A DNA stretch of 64,000 bases. Origin: the human T2T-CHM13v2.0 reference genome, Homo sapiens. Location: the NCBI RefSeq assembly GCF_009914755.1, contig NC_060938.1, one strand, 5' to 3'. Positions 41,540 to 53,989 of this stretch are shown here, one piece after another. Every line of letters begins with the position of its first letter. Position 1 is the stretch's first letter. The notes under the pieces are model-generated. The model made no database searches. It saw only the letters and a program-made list of their open reading frames with translations, and had not been told where the DNA came from. Both the position numbers and the translations under genes were made by a program.

Positions 41540-41667
41540 TCTCTGTGGGCTTCTCACAGTGTACCCATTGCCAGAGTAAACTGCAGCCTTGAACCATTGC
41601 TCAGCCTCCTTACCCATGAGCTATGAACACTGAAGCAGGTTGCACAGTGAAAAAAAAAAAAAAAAAA
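41540..41667 (+). pseudogene. 5'-truncated retrocopy of an H/ACA snoRNA of the SNORA42/SNORA80 family
   Basis: H box AGAGTA (41573-41578), ACA box 3 nt before the 3' end (41644-41646), 18-nt poly(A) 41650-41667, TSD AAACTC (41536-41541 / 41665-41670). Closely follows the recalled SNORA42 sequence (TCTCTGTGGGCCTCTCATAGTGTACCCATGCC...GCACTGAAG..GGTTGCACAGTG). Confidence 0.85.
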
Positions 41668-42934
41668 CTCAAACAGGAAACACTCTGGATAACCTTCAGT
41701 GGGTTAAGAAAACTGTGGTACATCCACAGATGGAATACTAATCACCAATAAAAAGGAATTAACTATTCATACATGCGATAACAATGAATCTTAAGAGAAT
41801 TGGGCTGAAAAATCCAATTCTAAAAGATTACATACTGTGTAATTTCATTATATAACTTCCTCGAAATGACAAAATTATACAAATAAAGAATAGAATAGTG
41901 GTTTCCAGGTTTTCAGGATGGGGGTTAGGATGAGTATGACTTTAAAGGACAAGATGGATCACTTGTGATGATGGAAATGTTTTGTAGCTTGACTGTTTCA
42001 TGTCAACATGTTGTTTATGATATGGTACTATGGTTTTGCCTGATGTTGTCTTTGGGCTAAACTGGATAAAGGGAAGATGGGATATCTTTGTATTATTTCT
42101 TAAAACTGCCTGTGAATCTACAATTATCTCAAAATAAAAATCCTAATAAAGAAATTATGGTCAGTGGAACAGAAAAAAAAAAAAGAAAAATAAGAAAAAA
42201 AATGTAGCCTCAGTTAAAAAGATAATTGTTACATGATGATTTGTACAATAAAAAAGCTTGTTGCAATTGAAATCTGAAACTGTATTGATGACTTTCATAC
42301 TTTATTATGTTAAAATCTATTGTTTTATCTTGTACTTTGAATGGCTCTTTTACTCATGGATTATTTCAAATAACATCACACATTGGTTATTTGGAAAATA
42401 CTCTTCAGTTATTTAACTCTTCAAATGTTGACACATTTCAGTATAATACACAATATCAAAATAGCTTATTTTTAAAATTGTCAGAAAAGTTCTTTAGCAT
42501 TGGGAACCTTGCAAAATCATGGTAAGGGACACATGTTTTCCAAAATTCTAATTTTTGTTCAAAAGCTCAGTTTTTTTCAGTGTCACAAATACACTCGGGT
42601 GTTTTATTTGAAGTGACCAGTTTGCTTCATCCCTTTTCAAGAAAAATCTTGCCATATACCCAACTCTCAATAAACATGGTTTGATGTTTGTTTTCTTAAA
42701 TGAAAATGGAGGCTAGTTCAGTTCACAACTCAAACAATAGCACACATGCATTTCCTCCAAACCGCCATCATACTTCACCATGGCCACGGATATATTTTGT
42801 TTGTATTTCTCATTTAATCACATTAAATATTAAGATGTGTGGAGATTGAATAAAATTAAAATTTTTCCTTCTTTCTGGTGGGCATTTTTAAGGTGCTGCT
42901 GTCTTGATTCATGCTTTGGCACTGTGAGTTTCAC

Positions 42935-42935
42935 C

Positions 42936-42974
<39 letters not shown>

Positions 42975-43027
42975 CACACACATATATACACATGTATATA
43001 TGTATATATATATACATATATATATAT
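42935..43027. repeat. (TA)n/(CA)n compound microsatellite
   Basis: Seen directly. Confidence 0.95.
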
Positions 43028-43524
43028 TTTTTCCCCCTCAGTGCAAATGTTAACATAGTGAAAAAGGCAAATAATCTCCCCCAGGGTCTCAGACTACATT
43101 TTGAAAACTGATATTCTGCCTTAGGTTTCATTTAAATGAAATTTACCTTGACCCTGAAACTAATTTGCATGTCTCTTTCCCTTAGTGAACAGAATACTCT
43201 GACCTTGGGTCATCAGTATGAACAAGAGTTATTGCATCAGCTCGTAGTATGCATCATGGCCTTAGGAGGTATGCAGGAACTGTTAAACACAAATTAACCC
43301 AGGATGCAGAGTTAATCATTCAGTTTGCTATGCAACAGCCATTGTCCTTTCAAGTTCTGGCAGCTACTACCCCTGTTGCTTCTAATATTTTCCTAGGACT
43401 CTTCTCAGAAAGTTCTGAGCATTGCTGTGGGAACCAATTTACCATGGTTAGTCTTATTTACTAGTTTAATTTAATAAATTCTCTCCTGAAGGTGCATCTG
43501 TACTTTCCCTTGAGAGCAGACCTT

Positions 43525-43726
<202 letters not shown>

Positions 43727-43729
43727 TGA

Positions 43730-45120
43730 TGTTTCTCTGATTTGATTCGATTATGTGATTTTTGGAGGAAGACCACTGAGTTAAAAAGTGCCATTTTCAT
43801 CAGGTATCGGGTATATACTATCGACATGATTTATTAATGTTGATGTTAACCTCGATCACCTGGCTAGGTAGTGTTTACCAGGTTTCTTCATTTAAAGTCT
43901 GTCTTTTTTTCCCCTTTCCATATTATTCAGAAGAAAGTCACCATACACAGCCACACCTAAGAAGTGGGGGGTTATGCTCCACCTCTTTGAGGGTAGAGTG
44001 TCTACAAAAATTTATTAGAACTCTTCTATATAGGAAGTGTGTCTATTCTTCTCATTCATTTATTTACTCAGTCATTTATTTATATCAGTATGATTTGTGA
44101 ATATTTACGTTATACTTTGAGTTGTAATACAGTACTACATTATTATTATTAGTTTTGATAAAATTATTTGATCTTTGGCCATCGGGAACTCCTTCAGATG
44201 GCTTCTATGTCTCTTTTGACACCCTATCATTGTGGGATTTTTTTTAGAACACTTTCTTAATTTTTGGCAGTATTAGATATTCTAGGTTCATCTTGCATAT
44301 TTCCTGCCCCAGTCCTAGAATCAGCCATTTCAACAAGGAGCCCTGGGTCTCTTTATTGGGGAATATAATTAAAAACTAAGATCCAGGCAGTAGGTGTGTT
44401 TGTTTCTACTGGGCATTGTTGCTTCTAGGTCTTGTCAGCTGTCAAAGCAAGGAAATATATGTGTGTACACAAACTTGTATAAATAAATACATGTATCTAT
44501 ACATATTTCTATATGTAAACATCTGTATCTATAGTAAGCTAAATATGAGTTCTTACTGATGCATCCAACTCTAATCTACCTCATGGGTCATTCTAGTTTC
44601 CTTCCTTTTTTTCTACTGCACTTCTACTCCAGCAGTGACAAACCAGGCTTCCATAATTCTCCCTCAATTTATTAAATTTTTCAGTGCCAGTGCACGTGCA
44701 TAGAAGTATCAGAATTGTTAATTCATAATCCTGTGGGATACAACTTTATTACCTACTGTATAATGCTATGTGCACAGTTCCTTTTGCCTTTGGTTTTATG
44801 TACACATTTCCAAAGTAACTTTTCCTCCCACCCCCTTGGGTGAGATTGTTTCATACGTTTGTAATACAGTTAGATTGTTTTATGACATTCTGCATTCCAT
44901 CGTGGGATTCCTCCTGACCTCCTAAATGATTTTAAAAAATTCATATTAAAGGAGAGATCACGCATATTTAGGGTGGTATGGCTGTAGGCATAAATTTACA
45001 TTACATTAAAATTCACCCCTTGTGCTTCAAAGTTCAATGGGTTTTTAAAAATGTATAATGTCATGTAGCCACAATTCCAGATCATACAGAAGAGTTTCAC
45101 ATCCCTAAAAAAAAATCTCC
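43730..45120 (-). mobile_element. L1MC/MD-type 3' region (antisense)
   Basis: GGAAGACCAC.GAG.TAAAGTGCCATTTTCATC; CCCCAGTCCTAGAATCAGCCATTTC..CAAGGAGCCCTGG. Confidence 0.75.
44951..44989 (-). pseudogene. 5S rRNA 5'-end fragment (tailless retropseudogene-like)
   Basis: Reverse complement GCCTACAGCCATACCACCCTAAATATGCGTGATCTCTCC aligns to nt 1-39 of 5S rRNA (GTCTACGGCCATACCACCCTGAACGCGCCCGATCTCGTC); most mismatches are transitions, several at CpG. Confidence 0.85.
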
Positions 45121-45983
45121 TAGGCCTGATTAATTTTTATTTGGAAAAGAAATACAGAAACCACACTAGCAAACACCTGAGAATATGTTAGTAAGATTTT
45201 GGAAATGTTAACATTTTGTCATACTTGTTTCATGTTTTTTAAAATAAAAATTTAAAAATTATTAAATTAAGGCCTTTTGTACTTCTTAATTCCATTTCTC
45301 TTCCTCCCTACCCAGCAGTTACTGGTACAATTATAGTAGTTTTTCCAGTCCATGAGTTTATACTTTACTAGATGTATTCGTGAGCCTAACCAATAAATAA
45401 TACATTTTTTGTGTTTTCTGGATACATTTATATAAATGACATAGTTTTATATGATTCTTTCTAAAACTTGCTTATTTTCTTCTCAATACCATGCTTCTAA
45501 GATCCATCTCTAGATCATAATTTTTGTGTTTTAGTGTGTTTTATAGTGTTTATGAGTATACCACATTTTATTTATGTTACTCTATTAATGGACATTTAGA
45601 TTTGGTTTAATTTTTTATTTCGTATGCTCTGTGAATATCCCATACTCATCTCCCCATGCATGTGTGCAAGAATTTGCCTACACTATATAGCTGGAAGTTA
45701 AATTCCAGGAAGATGTGGCACGTACACTTTCTACTCTACTAGATATGGCCAATTGGCCTCCAGCGTGTTCTACAAATTTCCCCAAGTCCTTAGCATCAGT
45801 TGGTAATGCAGACTTTTACATTTTTGCTAACCTGATGGCTGTAAAAAAATTCTTATCCATATTTTCAGAAGCTGTGGAACCAAAAATTCTCAGCAACTAA
45901 AAATAATTTTGACAGGAGATTGAGTTTTTACTCTCAAGGCCATTTCTTACCATTTCTAATAACCTTTTATGTTATTTTCAAAG

Positions 45984-46088
45984 ATGTATGCTTATCCAGA
46001 ATTCACGAAGTTGTTTTGGAATACAGCTGCACCTAAATTCTCTGTTCCAGAATCTGTCATGAAGGAAACTCTATATCCAAAATATGAG
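45984..46088 (+). CDS. TTC6: Internal coding exon F (MYAYPEFTKLFWNTAAPKFSVPESVMKETLYPKYE)
   Basis: ttattttcaaag acceptor, GAG|GTAACA donor; 105 nt, phase 0-0. Gene name tentative. Confidence 0.8.
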
Positions 46089-46244
46089 GTAACATACCGA
46101 ATGGGTTTTCTCTATTATTGTTGTTGTTATTATTTAATAAATAAATTGTATAATTGGCTATGACATTCAATTTTACTGGCCATTTATGTAAATTACCAGT
46201 TATTGCCATAATTAGGATTAATTGGATGTCACTACAGAAGTTAT

Positions 46245-46384
46245 TTATATATGTAAATAATTGTATGTATGTATACAAATATATACCTACATACTTATAA
46301 ATTTATAATTTTATATGTTCATATGTGTGTGTGTATATATATACATGTATATATGTATATATATAAAATTTATATATGTATGTA

Positions 46385-46448
<64 letters not shown>
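46245..46448. repeat. (TA)n/(TG)n compound microsatellite
   Basis: Seen directly, including a pure TA run ~46399-46436. Confidence 0.95.
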
Positions 46449-46740
<292 letters not shown>

Positions 46741-48349
46741 TAGTTTTATATATTATGTATGTATATTTAAAAAATGTTATACTTATCCATGTGACTTTAG
46801 CTAGTTAAGAAGAATATTCTGTTTTCTTTTTGAAAGAATGTTTTATTTGATTGAGAGTTCAAGATATAAAGCTACTTCAGTTGTTTAGAGATCTTCATGG
46901 TATTTTCATTTGTTTTTAAAATCACATTTTAAATTAATTTAATGTTAAAAACATTTAATAATACCCAAATGTGGTAATCTTTTTCCTTCCCTTAAAGAAG
47001 AATGATTACTCTCATTTTATGTTATACTGATCATTTTAAAAATTAGAAAAATGAGGAGAAATAAAACAAAATAACCTATTATTCTTCTCCCACAGAGAAT
47101 TGCTGCCCACTTTTTGGTTCATTTTCTTTGGTTTGTAAAAATTCTTCTCCTTCTTCCTCCTCCTCTTTTCTGCTTTTTCCTTTTTTTTTCTTGGTTACAA
47201 TATTTCAGTGATGAGCATCATTGTACATAAATTTTTAGTGGCATTCAGGATTATTTTATTTGCACAGCGTTGTAGGCAGCTTATGAAAACACATATATCA
47301 GAAAAGGATAAAACAAAAAAGTTAAAGAAATTGTGGGGAAAACATAACATGAGTAATAGCATAATAAAGCCAGAGGTAAGATTAATATGAAGAAATTCAG
47401 TTCATGTATGCTGTTGCTTGAAATGGGGTCATCAATTTATCTCCTAGCTTTCCTGCAACCAAGGCATGGATGGAGTCTTGTTCATATTTAACCTGTTGAT
47501 ACTACGTGTTTAGAATGTTAATATTGAAATATCTTTGCATTTCTTGGATTACTTGTTCATAGTGTATTATTGTTAAATATTATGTTGAATTCTGTTAGGC
47601 CATATTTTATTTTTAATTTTAAATATATACTCATGGGTGAAATATCTGTGTAGTGTATTTTTTTTTCCCTTTGTTGGACTTTGCTATCAGAGCTCTTCTT
47701 TATAAGGTTAACTGGATAGCATTTCATCATTTTTAATATTCTGAAATTGATATGGCTTAGGAATAATGGAAAAGTTGGAAGAGCTCACTGTTTGGACTCA
47801 TCTGAGCCATTTGGTAAGGTAATTGTTTGATAATTAAAATTTTTTCTTTTCTAATTCTTAGCTTATTCATATTTACTATTTTTCTTGTCAATTGGCAACA
47901 TATTCCTACAGTAAGCTATGTATTTAGTTGAGATTTATAAGTTATGTACATAGAGTTGCATATATTTTGTCAGTTTTAATATTCCTTTCTAATATTGCAT
48001 CATTTTCTTTTTCCTTTCTGATGGTGTTTCTGATATTTTTTTCTTAGAGTAGAACTTTTAGAAAGTAGTTTTTTCTTTTTTCATTTGTTTTTAAATTGAA
48101 TACTTTCCCTATGTTTGTCAGACTAGTATACTCATACCAGTATAACACCATCCCTTTTATTTTATTTTTTTAGAAAGATATATAATACATAATTCCCTGG
48201 CTATTAGATATCGTGGCCAGTCAACCAGAAAAACACATGAGTTTAACCCACCATCTTTGACCAAAAACCTTTTGTATTAATTATTAATTCAATGTTGTTA
48301 CTTCTCCCTTTTAACATATTTTTGATTATTGGCTTTCTGCTTTCCATAG

Positions 48350-48682
<333 letters not shown>

Positions 48683-49362
48683 TCTAATTTCTTTTGCTGA
48701 AAACTTAATTAATTTCTTCATGTTTCTTCTTTTTTTAAAAATAATATAAGTAATTTATGAGTTTTCTTCTGTGTACTTGACCTTATTTCAAACCTTTTCA
48801 TTTGCAGTGTCTTTATTTATTTTCAAAGTAATTTCTATTGCAATTTTCCTTTTCTTTTTGATACACCATAGTGTTTAAACATTTTTTAAAAACTTGTTGG
48901 AATTATTTTGTTTAAATTTTATTCTTAATCCTTATTAGCGTAAAAATATATTCTTCAAAATACCAGTTTCTTGGAATTTATGGATATTTGCTTTGGGTTG
49001 TGCTAGATATCCCAATATCTCTCAGTTAATTCAGTGGTATTATTTGTTATCACTTTGATATTGTGGCCAGACTAAGCAGAGCACACCTTAGGAATCAGAT
49101 GGTCTTGAATCTGAATTCCACTTACTTCCTGGGTAACCTCGTACTATTATTTTAACCTCATGAAGTCTCAGTTTTTTTTGTTTGCCAAGTGGGTCTTTTG
49201 AGGATTTAATGAGAGACTATATGGTGCATTGCTCGATAAGTAGTAGGTGCTCAAATAATAATAGACTTTATTATACTGTAATATTGTTACATTTTATGTG
49301 GCATATTTATTTCATTTGATCTCATAAAGACTTTAATTAAATATGGATTTTCAATGAAGTTA

Positions 49363-49563
<201 letters not shown>

Positions 49564-50434
49564 TTAGAAGATGTTTTGTCTTTATTATGAGTTTTGTCTC
49601 TTACTGATTTGAAATGGTCCAGTATGGCCTATTCAGTGCTTGAATTCTACTCTAGTATGTCTAGCCCTGTGTTCTTTTCTCTGTGTTCAGAAATATTTTT
49701 AGGTTAATACTTCTTATTGTTTTTGTTTTGTTTTGTTTTAGAGGTGCCATATAAGTAACATATGGTGTTTTGGTCCTACTATTATTATTTTATTTTGTGG
49801 TTTCTGTTTATTTAAAATTTCTGTTCTCTTTTGTTAACTCCCTACTGTCTGTGCTGTTTTCAGAGTGGCAAGGGCTATTACAATTACTTCAGAAATCACA
49901 CTAGTGGTATGTGAATGCTTACTTGTAGTAAAAATTCAAACAATAAAGATGAATATGACATAAAGAGCATTCCCCGTCCTTAATGCTGTCCTTCTCCAGT
50001 TCTCTTCTCCCTGAAGTTGGCCATTGTTAAATGCATTTCGTATATCCATTCAGACATTTTCATTGTCATTTATGTCATGCAGGTGTGTGCAAATTAATAC
50101 TTTTACATTTGTGGAGTTGTAATTTATATTATTCTACATCTTGGTTTTTTTCACTTAAAATACTTGAATATATATATCTTTGCACACATATGTGTATTTT
50201 TCTGTTTGGAATTCCTAGTCAAAGTGTATGTATATTTCAAATATTAGAAGATTATCATATATATTTGCATTTTTTAATAATGCAGTCTAACCTTTTCATT
50301 TACTTAAGAAAATACTTACATATTGTTTTTGAAAAATATGTCATGAGCTAGAAGGAGAAAGTTAATGATATAAAGTGTATTAAAAGATTGCCTTCATGCA
50401 GAAGATTGGTGAATGTTAATTTGCATAAGTCAAT

Positions 50435-50860
50435 ATGGCATCCGTGAAAATATGATGCTCACATCTGCTTCAAGAAAATCTGCTGAGGGGGCATACTTGA
50501 CTGGTGGCCTCCAGCTGCTGTCCCGCAGACCTAACATGGCATTTGCTCCAAGGCCATGCTTCCTTGGGGCTGCTCCCAGCCAGGGACTGAGCACAAGGTG
50601 GTTGCTAGAGCAGATGCATTCCTGCTTGATTGTGATTGCTTTCATGGGCAATTTTGGCTCAGGGACTTTTCATCAGCCTGGTTGAATCTTTCTTAGAACT
50701 GCTCCGTGGTCTGAAGCTCTTTCTACCTAATCCTTCCTCTCTCATCCCCTTTCAGAGATGTCAAATCTGCATAATGCTCTGAAGGTTCCCCCTGCCTACT
50801 CCTGCACCTTCTCATTTTATCCTATACTGTTGGCGTCTACTTCTACTTGAGCTGACACAG
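50435..50860 (-). mobile_element. Old ERVL-type LTR (LTR33/LTR41-like)
   Basis: GC-richer block GGCCATGCTTCCT.GGGGCTGCTCCCAGCCA..GACTGAGCA ending in GAGCTGACACA. Confidence 0.55.
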
Positions 50861-52115
50861 TAGGGAGTCTGTAATATGAGTGCAATGTTTTTTAAACTAT
50901 ATGTTTGTTTACAAAGTATGGGCATATATTTTTCTATCTATGTTTATAGGAAAGTGTGAATGTAGGGAGTTGAAGGTAGGCAAAATTGTTTTAAAAGAAG
51001 TGAAATTGTAGCAGGAATAGGAAGAATTGGTGAGAACTGGTGACCATGGAGTAACCCATTAGAAAAGTAGTCTGAAAGAAAATCAGTACTGGTGGTTGTC
51101 CACTCCCAATGACCAGGAGAGAAAGGATCCAACAGTACTTTCTGGCACAAAAAGATAGCTCAAGCTCACCTGACATTTTCATTTCACCGGAACTGGCATT
51201 GACTCTTTCTTCAAAGGCTCCTGGTTGTGATGAATGGGAAATGATATTTAGATGCACAGATCTATGTGCTCTTATTTTTAAAAAGCAAATTTAACTTATT
51301 TTTTGTTTGATGCTGTCTTTTTTATTTTCACCTGTTATTCCTTCTCTTAAACTTATATTTTTCAGTTTTCCTTTTTAAAAAATAAAATTCAGTAGTCTGG
51401 ATATAATATATTCATGATTTTACATTTTCATGGTTATTTAAAAATATCTGGCATGTATTTAAGCACATCAAGAGTCAATCAGAATTTATATCCTTTCCAT
51501 GAAGGATTGACTTTAAAATGTTTCACTTTACTCCCATCTGCCATCTTCCACATTGGAGACCATTAAATATTTTTGTTCCTGATAATTTTAATGTTCACTC
51601 TGTGCATCAATAATTACATAGATTTAACTATGTTTTTCTGACTTTCTTTCCACAATTTCTTCTGTCTTACATCATTTCCTTTCTTCTAATCATTTTTGTT
51701 TTCCTTATTATATTTTTGACTAATTCTTTCTGGAAAGGTTTGTGTGGTAAATTTTGGAGTACTTGTATTTGTGGATGTATATTTATTTTCCTCTGCCTCT
51801 TGCATTCCAATTTGATGTGGCATAAAATTCTATTTTTCTAATTACTTGCCAGGCAGCCTCCAGTCATGTTGATAATAAGTATTCGGACACTGTAGTTCTC
51901 ATTCATCCCACTTGGAACTTCTTGGTCTTGTTTAAAATGAAGACTTAAGTCTTTTTACATGTCATTTTTCCATTCATTCATCAGATAAATACATGCCAGT
52001 CACCTCTATGTGTGAGCCACTGTTCTAGAGGCTGGAGCTGCAGCAATGAAAATTCAAGGTCATTAATTTCATGGAGCTTACATTTTAGTATGAGGTACAG
52101 ATACAATAAACATGT

Positions 52116-52610
52116 ACAGTAGATTCTTGTCATTTGTGGTAGTTATGTTCCATAAAGTCACCTCAAGCACTGAATTAGTTGATATTGAACTGTTGCTCTT
52201 AGGGGAAGTAGAAGGCGAGGGTCCTGTGAGGCTCTGGTTTTCATCAGCTGATCAATACATAACCTTGCTTTATGGGCTTTTCTGTTTAAAGACACCTTAT
52301 TTAATATATATTGTTGATTCATTGCTACTGAAGTCATAGCTGACAGCACTATAACTCATGCCTGAAAGAAGCTATGTAACACATTTGTTTTCTCTGTAAT
52401 GCACATTGCAGCCTTCTTGCACTTAGGAACACTAGCCAACACTTCAGCACTATACTGGGGACCATTTTAAAGAGCAAAATCACAAACCAAAAGCACAAAA
52501 ATATGAAAAACACGACACTAAATAGGCCTTGAAAAGGAAACTTCTTTACAGTACGACAGCTGAAACAAGAAGGCAGAATGACATTTTGCTCAACCTCAGC
52601 TGGGTGTTTA
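52116..52610 (+). mobile_element. MER82-like (Tigger) DNA element
   Basis: CAGTAGATTCT.GT.ATT.G.GGTAGTTATGTTC.ATAAAGTC...CACTGAATTAG. Confidence 0.75.
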
Positions 52611-53135
52611 AATCTGCCACTGTGGTGTAGATTTGTCTATATTTTCCTGTAATAGTGTCAATTTTTACTTTATATATTTTGGGGCCATGTTATTAGATGC
52701 ATACAAATGAAGGATTGTTAAACATTGTTTATGAGTCAAAACTTTCAGTAACGAACTGAGCTACTTTATTTTAGTAAACACTTTTACCTTAGAGTCTATC
52801 TTTATTATTAATGCATTGACAACAATTTTCCTTCATTAAATATTTGTTCCCTTACACATAACCTTTCTGTATTCTTATATTTTAGATGTGTCTTTTATAA
52901 ACAACATGTGTTTAGATGAAAACAAATACAGTTGGATTTTTTTTGTTTTTTAATTGGACCTATTTAAAATTTACATCTACTTTTTATTGTTATTTTTATT
53001 TTCTTACCCATTGTATGCTTAATTTTTTGCCAATTATTTGGGTGTATTGTGTTTTATCATTTCTGTTGTAAAAGTTATATATAATTGATCCTTGAACAAT
53101 GTGAGGGTTGGGGGTGCCAATCCCTGCACAGTTGA

Positions 53136-53567
<432 letters not shown>

Positions 53568-53701
53568 TTATGTACTGCATTCTTACAATGAAGTAAGCTA
53601 GAAAAAAGAAAATGGTATTAAGAAGATTATAAGGAAGAGAAAATATACTTACTATTAACTAAGTGGAAGTAGACGATCATAAAGATCTTCACTTTGTTGT
53701 C

Positions 53702-53989
53702 TTTTATTTATTTATTTTTTTGAGACGGAGTCTTGCTCTGTCGCCCAGGCTAGAGTGCAGTGGCACAATCTCGGCTCACTGCAAGCTCCGCCTCCTGGGT
53801 TCACGCCATTCTCTGCCTCAGCCTCCCGAGTAGCTGGGACTACAGGCGCCCGCCACCACACCCAGCTAATTTTTTTGTATTTTTAGTAGAGACGGGGTTT
53901 CACCATGGCTTCAATCTCCTGACCTCGTGATCCGCCCACCTCGGCCTCCCAAAGTGCTGGACTTAAAGCGTGAGCCACCGGGCCTGGCC
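53702..53989 (-). mobile_element. AluY with small internal deletion
   Basis: AluY diagnostics; TSD TGTTGTCTTT. Confidence 0.95.

Larger units (their letters stand above)
36320..42202 (+). mobile_element. Long degenerate LINE-1 (L1MC1-like), ORF1 to 3' end, with nested MST LTR, Alu and snoRNA retrocopy
   Basis: ORF1/ORF2 remnants (KIDKLDFI.I..F.S.KD; W.W..DR..DQW.R.ENP); 3' end TGTGAATCTACAATTATCTCAAAATAAAAA. Confidence 0.85.
35923..43110. mobile_element. hAT-Charlie1-like DNA transposon split by Alu and L1MC insertions (pieces ~35923-35980, 36268-36312, ~42270-43110)
   Basis: Left end CAGGTCCTCAAACTTTTTGG..CAGGA..CACTCTTAAAAATTATTGAGG and right end CCCCAGGGTCTCAGACTACATTTTGAAAACTG resemble recalled Charlie1 termini; the internal part resumes after the L1 tail. 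Confidence 0.7.
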
